Origin: a virus
IMG/VR virus record: IMGVR_UViG_3300045988_057867
DNA: 47,590 nucleotides
Strand: one strand, 5' to 3'
This document shows positions 17,330-24,442 of this stretch, in pieces. The position numbers and the translations under genes were made by a program. The notes under the pieces are model-generated. The model was given only the letters and a program-made list of their open reading frames with translations. It searched no databases and was not told where the DNA came from. The stretch's first letter is position 1; every line of letters begins with the position of its first letter.

Positions 17330-18112
17330 CTATTCGGTCACATTTTCGCTTAACTTCTTCAAATATTCTTCAACCAGTTTCTTGTAATCCAATGACGCGC
17401 CGCAGCGTGCAGAATATTCAATAATTGGTTCCCGTGCAAATGTACTGGGTTTCATTTTCGGTGTTCTTCTAATATGTGTTTCAAATAAATTGCAGTCCTG
17501 CATCTTCAAGAACTCTTCGCCCTGCAAATCAGCTTCATTTGTCCGGTCGAACTGGGTAATGAAACAGCCCATAAAGCGCAAATCCGGGTTCAAATCTTCT
17601 TTTGTGTTGCTGATCTGTTCTTTCAGTTCTGCCAGCCCATCAATTGCAAAATCGTCAATGGTAATCGGTACCATGACCGTATTTGACGCAACCAGTGCGT
17701 TTATTGTGCTTATGTTTATGTCTGGTGCATTATCTATGATGCAGTAATCATATTCACTGCTTACTTGCTGCAATGCTTTCTTTAATCTCGTTTGCTGCGG
17801 GCGCTGCTGATCTAACATAACCTTTAAATTCGCTGTAAGCAGGTTCATATTTGCTGTAATAACATCCAGCCCCGCAAAATCGGTATGCTGAATGATTTTT
17901 TTCATGTCCAGTGTTCTTTCTGTCATAATTTCCGCCATTCCTGCATGATCGTAGTTGTGACGGTTCAGAAACTTACTTGCATTTCCCTGTTTATCGTTAT
18001 CTATCAGCAATACCTTTTCCCCGTGTACTGCTGCCAGAATGTGCGCCATGTTGACGCTTGATGTTGTTTTTGCTACTCCGCCTTTTAGGTTGATAATTGA
18101 TAATGTCTGCAT
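17330..18112 (-). CDS. parA: ParA-family partition ATPase
   Basis: Deviant Walker A INLKGGVAKTTSSVNMA, followed by LLIDNDKQGNAS and IIDNAPD motifs. Confidence 0.85.
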   Translation of the reverse strand: MQTLSIINLKGGVAKTTSSVNMAHILAAVHGEKVLLIDNDKQGNASKFLNRHNYDHAGMAEIMTERTLDMKKIIQHTDFAGLDVITANMNLLTANLKVMLDQQRPQQTRLKKALQQVSSEYDYCIIDNAPDINISTINALVASNTVMVPITIDDFAIDGLAELKEQISNTKEDLNPDLRFMGCFITQFDRTNEADLQGEEFLKMQDCNLFETHIRRTPKMKPSTFAREPIIEYSARCGASLDYKKLVEEYLKKLSENVTE

Positions 18113-18163
18113 GTGGTATTCCTCCTTGTATCTGGTATGAATTTATAGTTGCTTTCCCAGTAA

Positions 18164-18270
18164 TGCGGCAGGCTGGATTTGAACCAGCGACATCATAGAC
18201 ACGGACTGACAACGGCTGCTGCCGTTTTATTTCGCCGTGCCCGTCCCTCTACCAGCTGGGGTGCTGCCGC
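18164..18270 (-). tRNA. Atypical 107-nt tRNA-like gene (canonical acceptor, D and T arms; enlarged anticodon region; anticodon not assignable)
   Basis: The minus strand reads GCGGCAG-CA-CCCCAGCTGGTAGAGG...GCTGGTTCAAATCCAGC-CTGCCGC-A. It has a 7-bp acceptor stem, D-loop AGCTGGTA and T-loop TTCAAAT. About 56 nt lie between the D and T arms where about 26 are expected, including the hairpin AACGGC-AGCA-GCCGTT. Confidence 0.5.
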
Positions 18271-18276
18271 CGCTTG

Positions 18277-18624
18277 TTAATAGTCCCTTAAAACATCTTG
18301 CAGGTTCATTAAATCTGCACACATTGGCAGTTCTTTTGAAAGATAAAATACTTTGTTTTTTATGCTTTTCATTTTTTGCCTTAATTCCAGCAATTCTTTA
18401 TATTCGCTTGCTGTAACCTCTCTTACCTCCATTGTTCCTGCTTTCAAATATTGTTCTATTTCTTCAATCTGACTTTCGCACTTTTGCATTTTCTTGTAAT
18501 ATCTGTCATAACCAGTATCACGGTAAGAGTCTTCTGCTTCTTCGTGTTCAGCCTTTAATTTTTCAAGTGCGGGTTTCAGCACTTTTTCTTTGTATTGCTC
18601 TACTTTTTCAACATATTTATTCAT
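18277..18624 (-). CDS. Hypothetical coiled-coil protein
   Basis: 115 aa, K/E-rich, in an operon with 18640..18918. Confidence 0.6.
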   Translation of the reverse strand: MNKYVEKVEQYKEKVLKPALEKLKAEHEEAEDSYRDTGYDRYYKKMQKCESQIEEIEQYLKAGTMEVREVTASEYKELLELRQKMKSIKNKVFYLSKELPMCADLMNLQDVLRDY

Positions 18625-18639
18625 GCTTATACCTCCTCC

Positions 18640-18918
18640 CTATATTTCAAAATTATTTGTTGCGATTGCAAGATTTCTCAATGCTTCTTCCTGCCCGCAT
18701 ATCTGGTAATATTCATTTACAAGTTGCATTGCTTGGTAGATATGACCTTTCTTTGCTAATTCTTCCACCAGTTTTTCCATGCAGCACCAACGGTGCCCGT
18801 CGCCTTTCTCTTCGCACATTTCCTGCAATTTGTGGAAAATTTCTGTTTTTCTGTTGTCCAGCTTTGTGATTTCTTTATTCCAGTTTGTGTATGCTTCTTT
18901 TAATTTCTGCTTTGTCAT
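18640..18918 (-). CDS. Hypothetical protein (first gene after the duplicated promoter)
   Basis: 92 aa. RBS ACGGAGGT is upstream of the ATG at 18918. Confidence 0.6.
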   Translation of the reverse strand: MTKQKLKEAYTNWNKEITKLDNRKTEIFHKLQEMCEEKGDGHRWCCMEKLVEELAKKGHIYQAMQLVNEYYQICGQEEALRNLAIATNNFEI

Positions 18919-18942
18919 TGTTTATACCTCCGTTTGCTTTAC

Positions 18943-18988
18943 TTCTTTAACTGTCTTTATTATATACTTACGGAAGTATAAAAACAAT
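18943..18988 (-). promoter_or_regulatory. Promoter with embedded 18-bp operator (46-nt copy identical to 32187..32232)
   Basis: The minus strand reads ATTGTTTT-TATACTTCCGTAAGTATA-TAATAAAGACAGTTAAAGAA. It has -35 TTGTTT, a 17-nt spacer and -10 TATAAT. Operator copies are at 18963..18980 and 19001..19018. Confidence 0.65.
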
Positions 18989-19115
18989 TGACATTTTCAC
19001 TATACTTACGGAAGTATAATTGTTTATTTTGTCTACCCTGTCCAGTTGACAGGCAGGACAGGGCGTTTGGATTTTAGAAAGCACCACCCGTCAAGCCGTT
19101 AGCGCAGCTATGTAT

Positions 19116-19385
19116 TTACTGAATACCTATTACTTTTGCAATATCCAGTTTTTTATATCCTTTTTCCTCGTTTAATCTGTAAAGAAATTCTACTTTTTCG
19201 CTTCTGTAATACATTATCGTTGCAATATCTTCAATTCTTCGTCTGTCTGCTGTCTTGCAAAGTGCGTTCCAGAGTTCCTTCGGAACTGTGATTTCTGGTG
19301 TAAAATAATAGGCTTTGTTGTCTATAATAAATATCTCGTCCCCGATCTCTACCGGGCAAACTGCTCTAAACGCCGTCATTTTCAT
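19116..19385 (-). CDS. Hypothetical protein
   Basis: 89 aa ORF, last gene of the early leftward operon. Confidence 0.55.
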   Translation of the reverse strand: MKMTAFRAVCPVEIGDEIFIIDNKAYYFTPEITVPKELWNALCKTADRRRIEDIATIMYYRSEKVEFLYRLNEEKGYKKLDIAKVIGIQ

Positions 19386-19548
19386 GTTTTTCTTTTTCCT
19401 CTAACTTTCTTTTATTTTCTTCGTGCATTGTGTATGCTACTTCACGCATGATGATATATACCAGCATTAACAGTCCCACCAGAACGCAGAAACCAATGAT
19501 CTTTCCCAGAATCACCACTGCGCCTATAAACATATTAAACAATGTCAT
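19366..19548 (-). CDS. Small membrane protein
   Basis: 60 aa with one strong hydrophobic helix (FIGAVVILGKIIGFCVLVGLLMLVYII) and a charged tail. Confidence 0.5.
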   Translation of the reverse strand: MTLFNMFIGAVVILGKIIGFCVLVGLLMLVYIIMREVAYTMHEENKRKLEEKEKHENDGV

Positions 19549-19741
19549 TCTTGCTTTCCCTCCTGTTTTTCTCTCTCATTGTGTTTCTTGCCTGCTCCAT
19601 TGCGGGGCGTAACTGGTTGATCGTGTGCAACTGATTAATTGCAGTATTTTTAGTTCTGCTGCCGGACTGCTGCCGTTTCAGCAATTCCCGGTTTATAACC
19701 TCTTGTTTACTCTGGCAGTGTCTGTTTTTCCTTCTTCCCAT
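19535..19741 (-). CDS. Hypothetical basic protein
   Basis: 68 aa, R/K/Q-rich. Confidence 0.4.
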   Translation of the reverse strand: MGRRKNRHCQSKQEVINRELLKRQQSGSRTKNTAINQLHTINQLRPAMEQARNTMREKNRRESKNDIV

Positions 19742-19754
19742 GTTCTGTACCTCC

Positions 19755-20303
19755 TTATCTGTGTTTCTTTTTGTGGTATGTATATTTGCGGTGCTTCGCG
19801 GTTCTTTTCTTCTTGCGGTGGTAATGCTGTTGTTCTTTGATCGCTTTTGTAGTTCTTACCGCCTTTTCTACTGTTCCCGGCTCAATGTCGTTTACTTCTT
19901 CCTGCAATACTTCCAGCACTTCCACTTCATCAAAACTGAATGTGTAGGATGCTCCCGGGTCGTATTCTTCATTTTTCCAGTCTTCCTTGAACTGTTCAAA
20001 ATTGTTCTTGTAGTTTCTCATAGCTGCGAACGGGTGAAACTGTTCCGCCTGATACATGGCAAGCATTACCTTTTCGTCGTCCTCTGGTTTCCAGTTCCAT
20101 AAATGCCAATTTTCGTGGTTGTCCCAGTTCCACAACGAAAGCTGTACTTCCAATCCGTCAAGATAGTTCCCTGCTTTAATAATGCTTTGAAAATCGCGCA
20201 CGGTAAAACCATGTCCAGTCAGCTTCTCTCTTACGCTCTGTACCGTCTTTCCTCCTGTTTTCAGTCTCGCACGCACAACCTTTGGTCTGTAACTCTCGCT
20301 CAT
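19755..20303 (-). CDS. Hypothetical protein
   Basis: 182 aa, Trp-rich core (LSLWNWDNHENWHLWNWKPED) with a very basic C-terminal tail. Confidence 0.6.
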   Translation of the reverse strand: MSESYRPKVVRARLKTGGKTVQSVREKLTGHGFTVRDFQSIIKAGNYLDGLEVQLSLWNWDNHENWHLWNWKPEDDEKVMLAMYQAEQFHPFAAMRNYKNNFEQFKEDWKNEEYDPGASYTFSFDEVEVLEVLQEEVNDIEPGTVEKAVRTTKAIKEQQHYHRKKKRTAKHRKYTYHKKKHR

Positions 20304-20548
20304 GTTCTGTCCTTTCCAGCTTTACGCTCATGTTTGTTTTTCCTTTCTAATCTGTCTGCTATTCTCAATATTGCTTCCATGCTGTCTTTTATGTTTTTGT
20401 CTGTACCTGCCGTGATTTTCAGTACGTCTGCAATATCTCTTAACTGTTCTGCTTCATCTTTCCCGGTGATCTTGTCCGCGCATTCCGGGCAAACCTGCAT
20501 ACCTTCCGGTATGGCTTCACCGCACATTACGCATCTGTCTACGTCCAT
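20300..20548 (-). CDS. Small zinc-ribbon protein
   Basis: 82 aa with CVMCGEAIPEGMQVCPEC (CxxC...CxxC). Confidence 0.55.
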   Translation of the reverse strand: MDVDRCVMCGEAIPEGMQVCPECADKITGKDEAEQLRDIADVLKITAGTDKNIKDSMEAILRIADRLERKNKHERKAGKDRT

Positions 20549-20560
20549 GTTCTGTACCTC

Positions 20561-20893
20561 CTACCAGTCCTGCATTTTCAGAATTTTTTCTGTCAGGTTC
20601 TTTTCTCTTTCAATCAGGTTTCTTACTGCCTGCGGCGAAAGCCCGGTGTCTTCGTAGTCATGTAGTTTTTTAATTGCCTGATTGACGGTTACGCCGTCTG
20701 ATATGATCGCTTTCCCACTTCCTCTGCTGATCTCTGTTAATCTTGTATGGCGTTTCTTCTTTCCTGCTGATCTGCTGCCGGACTGGTTCTTTGCCACTAT
20801 CTTTGCCCCAGCTGATACAATGCTGTTATGTGGGATATATCCACGCATGACATTGTTTGTGGCTCTCATTGCTGCTTTCGGTATATTTGCCAT
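20561..20893 (-). CDS. Hypothetical protein
   Basis: Start set at MANIPK (RBS AAAGGGGGA 7 nt upstream). The track ORF extends to 21034, but that part overlaps the upstream gene. Confidence 0.5.
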   Translation of the reverse strand: MANIPKAAMRATNNVMRGYIPHNSIVSAGAKIVAKNQSGSRSAGKKKRHTRLTEISRGSGKAIISDGVTVNQAIKKLHDYEDTGLSPQAVRNLIEREKNLTEKILKMQDW

Positions 20894-20895
20894 TG

Positions 20896-21045
20896 TCATT
20901 CCCCCTTTCTGTAGTGCCTGCACTCTTCCGTGTATTCGTACATGTCTAAAAATTCGCATTGTGCTGTACATGTTTCCTTTTTCGGACAACAGATGCAGCA
21001 ATAGTCCATATTCTCTGTACACTCTAAATTGCATTTACCTTCCAT
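20896..21045 (-). CDS. Small Cys-rich protein
   Basis: Start set at MEGKCNLEC. It has 9 Cys in 49 aa (CNLEC...CCICCPKKETCTAQC). The stop overlaps the next start (GAATGACAATG). Confidence 0.45.
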   Translation of the reverse strand: MEGKCNLECTENMDYCCICCPKKETCTAQCEFLDMYEYTEECRHYRKGE

Positions 21046-21056
21046 GTTCTCACCGC

Positions 21057-21455
21057 CTAAAATTCTGTATCTGTTATGCCTATGTATTGTTTTAATGTGG
21101 CTATGGCTTCGTCTGCTCCGTAGCATACCGCTGTTTTATATCCTTGTTTTGTCAACTGTTCAAGCCACCATTTCTGTTTCTCTGTCGTTTTGTTCTTTCC
21201 GAACTTCATTTCGATGTACAAACCGTGGTAGCCTTTCAGCGCCACTGGCAATGTCAGATCAGGAACACCAGCTTTCACGCCCTGTCTCTTTAAATTCGCC
21301 GCTTCAAGTTCATTCCTGCTGCCGCCGTTCGGAATATGATATATCAGTTTTAATTCCGGGTGTCTGTCTGCGTTATATCCGCACCAATTTATAACCCTTT
21401 CCTGTTCCGTGGCTTCGCTTCTCTTTCTGTTCTGCATGTATCTGTAATATCCCAT
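21057..21455 (-). CDS. VRR-NUC domain nuclease
   Basis: EQERVINWC...IYHIPNGG...GVKAGVPDLTLPV...GLYIEMKFGKNKTTEKQKWWLEQL matches the VRR-NUC D/E-K nuclease pattern. Confidence 0.75.
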   Translation of the reverse strand: MGYYRYMQNRKRSEATEQERVINWCGYNADRHPELKLIYHIPNGGSRNELEAANLKRQGVKAGVPDLTLPVALKGYHGLYIEMKFGKNKTTEKQKWWLEQLTKQGYKTAVCYGADEAIATLKQYIGITDTEF

Positions 21456-21468
21456 GTTTTTTCTTCCC

Positions 21469-21642
21469 CTACTCCATAGCCTGTATTTTCATTAACGCCC
21501 ACATGAAATTCTTTTCTGCTTCTTCTCTTTCTTCCTGCGTCGGATTCTCTTTTTCTTCAACCTCTGCACATACTGCGGCTTTGTCTGCTGCTTCTCTAAG
21601 CGCTCTTTCAAGTTCTCTGTAACTTTCTGCTGCTTTACTCAT
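21469..21642 (-). CDS. Small hypothetical protein (57 aa, below the ORF-track cutoff)
   Basis: Reads MSKAAESYRELERALREAADKAAVCAEVEEKENPTQEEREEAEKNFMWALMKIQAME. Its ATG overlaps the upstream stop (ATGA), and the ORF fills the gap before the VRR-NUC gene. Confidence 0.5.
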   Translation of the reverse strand: MSKAAESYRELERALREAADKAAVCAEVEEKENPTQEEREEAEKNFMWALMKIQAME

Positions 21643-22208
21643 TTTTCGTCCTCCTGCTCTTCTCCAATCATTGCCCGTGGCGGTTCCCTTTTGTCCAGAA
21701 ACATTCTGTAAAATGCCGCCTTTTTCAGTTCTCTTTTTTCTTCTGCTGTTCTCTCACGTTCTGGTATATTGTCGCTTTCTGTATAACAGCGTGCTGTTTC
21801 ATCCGGGTACAGATTGTTTCCTGATCTGAAAGCGATCATAAAGGTTTTCAGTTCCCGTTTTAATTCCTCTTTGTAAAAGCTGAACAGCAGTTTGATTTCC
21901 GCTGCTTCAATCTCTGTGCAATCGCAACCGCGTTTCTTTCTTCGTTTGTACTTACCAGCGTACACATGGTATGAAGCACTACCCGTTACTTTGTAGAAAA
22001 TCTGCGTCAGCAGGTCTTCTTCCAGTTCTCCGTTATATCCAAACCAGTGAAGACTTACTGTGTCCAGCATGATTTCTTCGTCGTCGATTTCATACCGGGC
22101 TTTCAGTTCTTCATACATCCGCATTGCTGTTTCTTTTTCTCCGCCCACGCCACGATCTGCAAGGGCTTTTATTTTCTTTAGCTTTTCAGCTATTCTGTCA
22201 TGTTGCAT
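21639..22208 (-). CDS. Hypothetical protein with a DUF2786-like N-terminus
   Basis: The N-terminal IAEKLKKIKALADRGVGGEKETAMRMYEELKARY resembles the DUF2786 repeat. Confidence 0.5.
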   Translation of the reverse strand: MQHDRIAEKLKKIKALADRGVGGEKETAMRMYEELKARYEIDDEEIMLDTVSLHWFGYNGELEEDLLTQIFYKVTGSASYHVYAGKYKRRKKRGCDCTEIEAAEIKLLFSFYKEELKRELKTFMIAFRSGNNLYPDETARCYTESDNIPERERTAEEKRELKKAAFYRMFLDKREPPRAMIGEEQEDEK

Positions 22209-22210
22209 TT

Positions 22211-22540
22211 TTATCCCCTTTTCTTTTCTGGTTTCCGTTCTGGGTGTCCAAAAATATATTCGTACTCTGATACTATGCCGTGATCTGTTATAAACCGTAG
22301 TGAATACCAGTAACTGTTCCCGGTATCTTCGTACAGATCATATAGCCTGCTGCCGCGTTTCACGGTTCCTATCAGGTTGATTGACAGGTGGTCTTTTTTA
22401 TGTCCAGCTCTGGCTTCTACGTTGTATGCAGTTTTCAGCTTTTCTTTCAGTTCTTCTTGCGTGTATTCTCTCACTGCTCCTGCTCCAACTCTCTTTTTAT
22501 CCGACTTGCTTTTTCCAGTACCGTTTCTGCGTATTCGCAA
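22211..22540 (-). CDS. Hypothetical protein
   Basis: 109 aa. The annotated 5' end overlaps the SLT gene by 70 nt, so the true start may be the GTG near 22474. Confidence 0.5.
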   Translation of the reverse strand: MRIRRNGTGKSKSDKKRVGAGAVREYTQEELKEKLKTAYNVEARAGHKKDHLSINLIGTVKRGSRLYDLYEDTGNSYWYSLRFITDHGIVSEYEYIFGHPERKPEKKRG

Positions 22541-23235
22541 GTGTATTTCTTTTTACTGAAATAGTTTCTTTCTGCGCCTGTTGGTCCCCATCTGTACGCC
22601 GTCAGTGCCTTGTGGTAATTGTTCTGGTACTTTTTCAACAATTCTGCCATGCAATCAACTCCCGTCCTTATGTTCTGGTATGGGTTATCCACATTTTGCA
22701 CACCGATTTTGTTCATACGGTCCTTGTGGTATTCCGGTATGATCTGCATATATCCGGTTGCATCGTCTGCTGCCGCGTCCCACTGGTACCCACTTTCTGC
22801 TTCGATCATTGCCAGAATGGTTGTATAGTCAACCTTGTACTGTTTGCAGGTGCAATAGGTGTATATCTGTACTATTTCCGGCAAGCATCCGCCATACATG
22901 CTATATTTTTCTGGTATCTTGTAATATGTAAACCCGTCCAGATCGCCTGCGCCCCAGTCCCGGCTTATTGTGTTATACGGGTATATATCGTTGTCCGGGT
23001 CGTTTGCCCGCACTGTCGTTACTGGCTGCATGTCCACCAGTTCTACCGCTTCTGTTGTGATTTCTGCTGTCTGCTGCGGTTCTGGTCCCGGTTTTGTGTA
23101 TGTAAGCGCTGTACAGTATGTTGCTGCCATGATTCCTGCTGCCGCTACAACAGCAACAGTAATCATTGTTCTTTTAATTCTTTTTACTTGCAGTTCTCTT
23201 TTTCGCTGTCTTGCGCTTTTTCTTGCCTGCTGCAC
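22471..23235 (-). CDS. Membrane-anchored lytic transglycosylase (SLT domain)
   Basis: N-terminal TM helix (MITVAVVAAAGIMAATY). SLT motifs are ILAMIEAESGYQWDA, ATGYMQI and YQNIRTGVDCMAELLKKY. Confidence 0.75.
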   Translation of the reverse strand: MQQARKSARQRKRELQVKRIKRTMITVAVVAAAGIMAATYCTALTYTKPGPEPQQTAEITTEAVELVDMQPVTTVRANDPDNDIYPYNTISRDWGAGDLDGFTYYKIPEKYSMYGGCLPEIVQIYTYCTCKQYKVDYTTILAMIEAESGYQWDAAADDATGYMQIIPEYHKDRMNKIGVQNVDNPYQNIRTGVDCMAELLKKYQNNYHKALTAYRWGPTGAERNYFSKKKYTCEYAETVLEKASRIKRELEQEQ

Positions 23236-24103
23236 CTTTCGTTCCTCCTGTCTTTTTCTTCCACATCTTCACATAAATGTGCCACCCTGTTTCCTCATGC
23301 CATTCTGGTTTCACTTCGCTTATGCTGTATGCCGGGAACTGGCGTTCAAAAAACTCTTTTCCTGCGTCCCCGGATTTTGCCAGCTGTTCCACTTTTGCCT
23401 TGCTGTATTTATGATCTGCTGGCGGCTGTACAATCGGTCTTTTCAGATTCCGGCTGCTGCTCCACCTTTTCTTCCCCTGTGGGTTCTTCACAACATACTT
23501 GCATAGCGCTTCAATGCCGTTTTCATTTGTCTGTATACGGTCCGTGTTTACCCATCCCATTTTCTTTATGGTTCCAGCGTACCTTTCCGTGTCTTCTTTG
23601 TACTTCTTCCAGTTGATACGCTTCTTCGTCCACATCATTTCCACTTCATCACGCGGTAATCCACCGTTCATAATAATGTGGTGGTGTATTCTTATCGGGT
23701 GTTCCTGTGCTTCGTCCTCTTTCTTGTAGCCATATTCAGTCACAAGAATGTATTTCAGCGGTTCGATACCCAGTTTCTTTCTGCGGTATGCTATCCGGCG
23801 TAAGTAGTTATTTACTATCCTTTCTGCTTCTTCCGTTGTTTCTGGTAAATCTGCATCTGTGTATGTTGCTGATACGTGCAGATCACCTTCACCAAAATTC
23901 CCGTTACCCAACTGCACCAGATACCGTTTACTGTTCTTGTCGTTCAGGTCCTTTTGTTTTGGCTCTGTTGCTTTTCTTCTTTTCCCTCTTTTACCCTTTA
24001 CTGCCCTTTCTGCATTATCTGTCCGCGGTATTACATCAACTTCCCTGTATAACCCGCAGTCCGTCTTCTTCTCTCTGTAGAACATTTTCTGTCCTTTCCC
24101 CAT
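23174..24103 (-). CDS. Putative HUH rolling-circle replication initiator (Rep-like)
   Basis: Three ordered motifs are present: YILVTEYG (motif 1-like), IRIHHHIIMNG (HUH) and EALCKYVVKN (YxxK). The true start may be the second ATG (MFYREKK). Confidence 0.5.
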   Translation of the reverse strand: MGKGQKMFYREKKTDCGLYREVDVIPRTDNAERAVKGKRGKRRKATEPKQKDLNDKNSKRYLVQLGNGNFGEGDLHVSATYTDADLPETTEEAERIVNNYLRRIAYRRKKLGIEPLKYILVTEYGYKKEDEAQEHPIRIHHHIIMNGGLPRDEVEMMWTKKRINWKKYKEDTERYAGTIKKMGWVNTDRIQTNENGIEALCKYVVKNPQGKKRWSSSRNLKRPIVQPPADHKYSKAKVEQLAKSGDAGKEFFERQFPAYSISEVKPEWHEETGWHIYVKMWKKKTGGTKGAAGKKKRKTAKKRTASKKN

Positions 24104-24298
24104 ATGTTGCAGAGTGGGTATCTAAAGGGTATGCTATCCCCTTTCCGATCTGTCCATTATCCCCATGTATGATACTGTTATATATGTTCTATACACTATG
24201 TATATATATTTATATATCGTGGGAATGTTAATACCCCATACAAGCCCGTTAAGCGGTTCCAAACCCCGCATAAAATGGGGCTTTTCCGCCCCTTTTGC

Positions 24299-24327
24299 TT
24301 GCATTTCCTGCGTCAACATGGTATAAT
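24299..24327 (+). promoter_or_regulatory. Strong sigma-A-type promoter TTGCAT-17 nt-(TGg)TATAAT on the plus strand
   Basis: -35 at 24299..24304, TG at 24319..24320 and -10 at 24322..24327. No ORF with an RBS follows it. Confidence 0.55.
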
Positions 24328-24333
24328 GTACTT

Positions 24334-24412
24334 AATCATATTTTTATACTTTTAGTTGACTTAAAGCCCTTGCATTTCGTGCTACCAACACATTTGCAAG
24401 GGCTTTTTGTTG
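24334..24412 (+). ncRNA. Candidate ~75-80 nt small RNA (promoter to terminator)
   Basis: The predicted start is just after the -10. The hairpin AAAGCCCTTGCA(N20)TGCAAGGGCTTT at 24363..24406 is followed by TTTTTG. There is no start codon or RBS inside. It is convergent with the DGR target gene. Confidence 0.35.
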
Positions 24413-24442
24413 CCCTTTTATTTCAGGCTTTCTTCTGGTGCG

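Noticed and set aside
17997-18212. 71-aa minus-strand ORF spanning the parA start and the tRNA-like element
   Set aside because: It overlaps the ParA N-terminus out of frame and runs through the tRNA-like T-arm and acceptor. It has no RBS.
18988-19020. Plus-strand promoter TTGACA (18988..18993) with TATAAT (19015..19020)
   Set aside because: The spacer is 21 nt, which is too long for a sigma-A promoter, and no plus-strand gene follows. The hexamers are parts of the minus-strand operator/promoter architecture.
19036-19063. Hairpin CCCTGTCC-N12-GGACAGGG as terminator of the early operon
   Set aside because: On the minus strand, which is the transcribed strand here, it is not followed by a T-run. 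It may still be a structural or regulatory element, but a terminator call is not supported.
22381-23616. 411-aa plus-strand ORF
   Set aside because: It is antisense to the SLT and Rep-like genes. Its extreme Cys/Phe/Leu content is typical of the reverse frame of K/E-rich genes.
24134-24319. 61-aa minus-strand ORF in the Rep-upstream intergenic region
   Set aside because: It runs through an AT-rich, hairpin-bearing non-coding region and is Tyr/Ile-rich from the AT tract. It has no RBS. The region is better explained as a regulatory or origin region.
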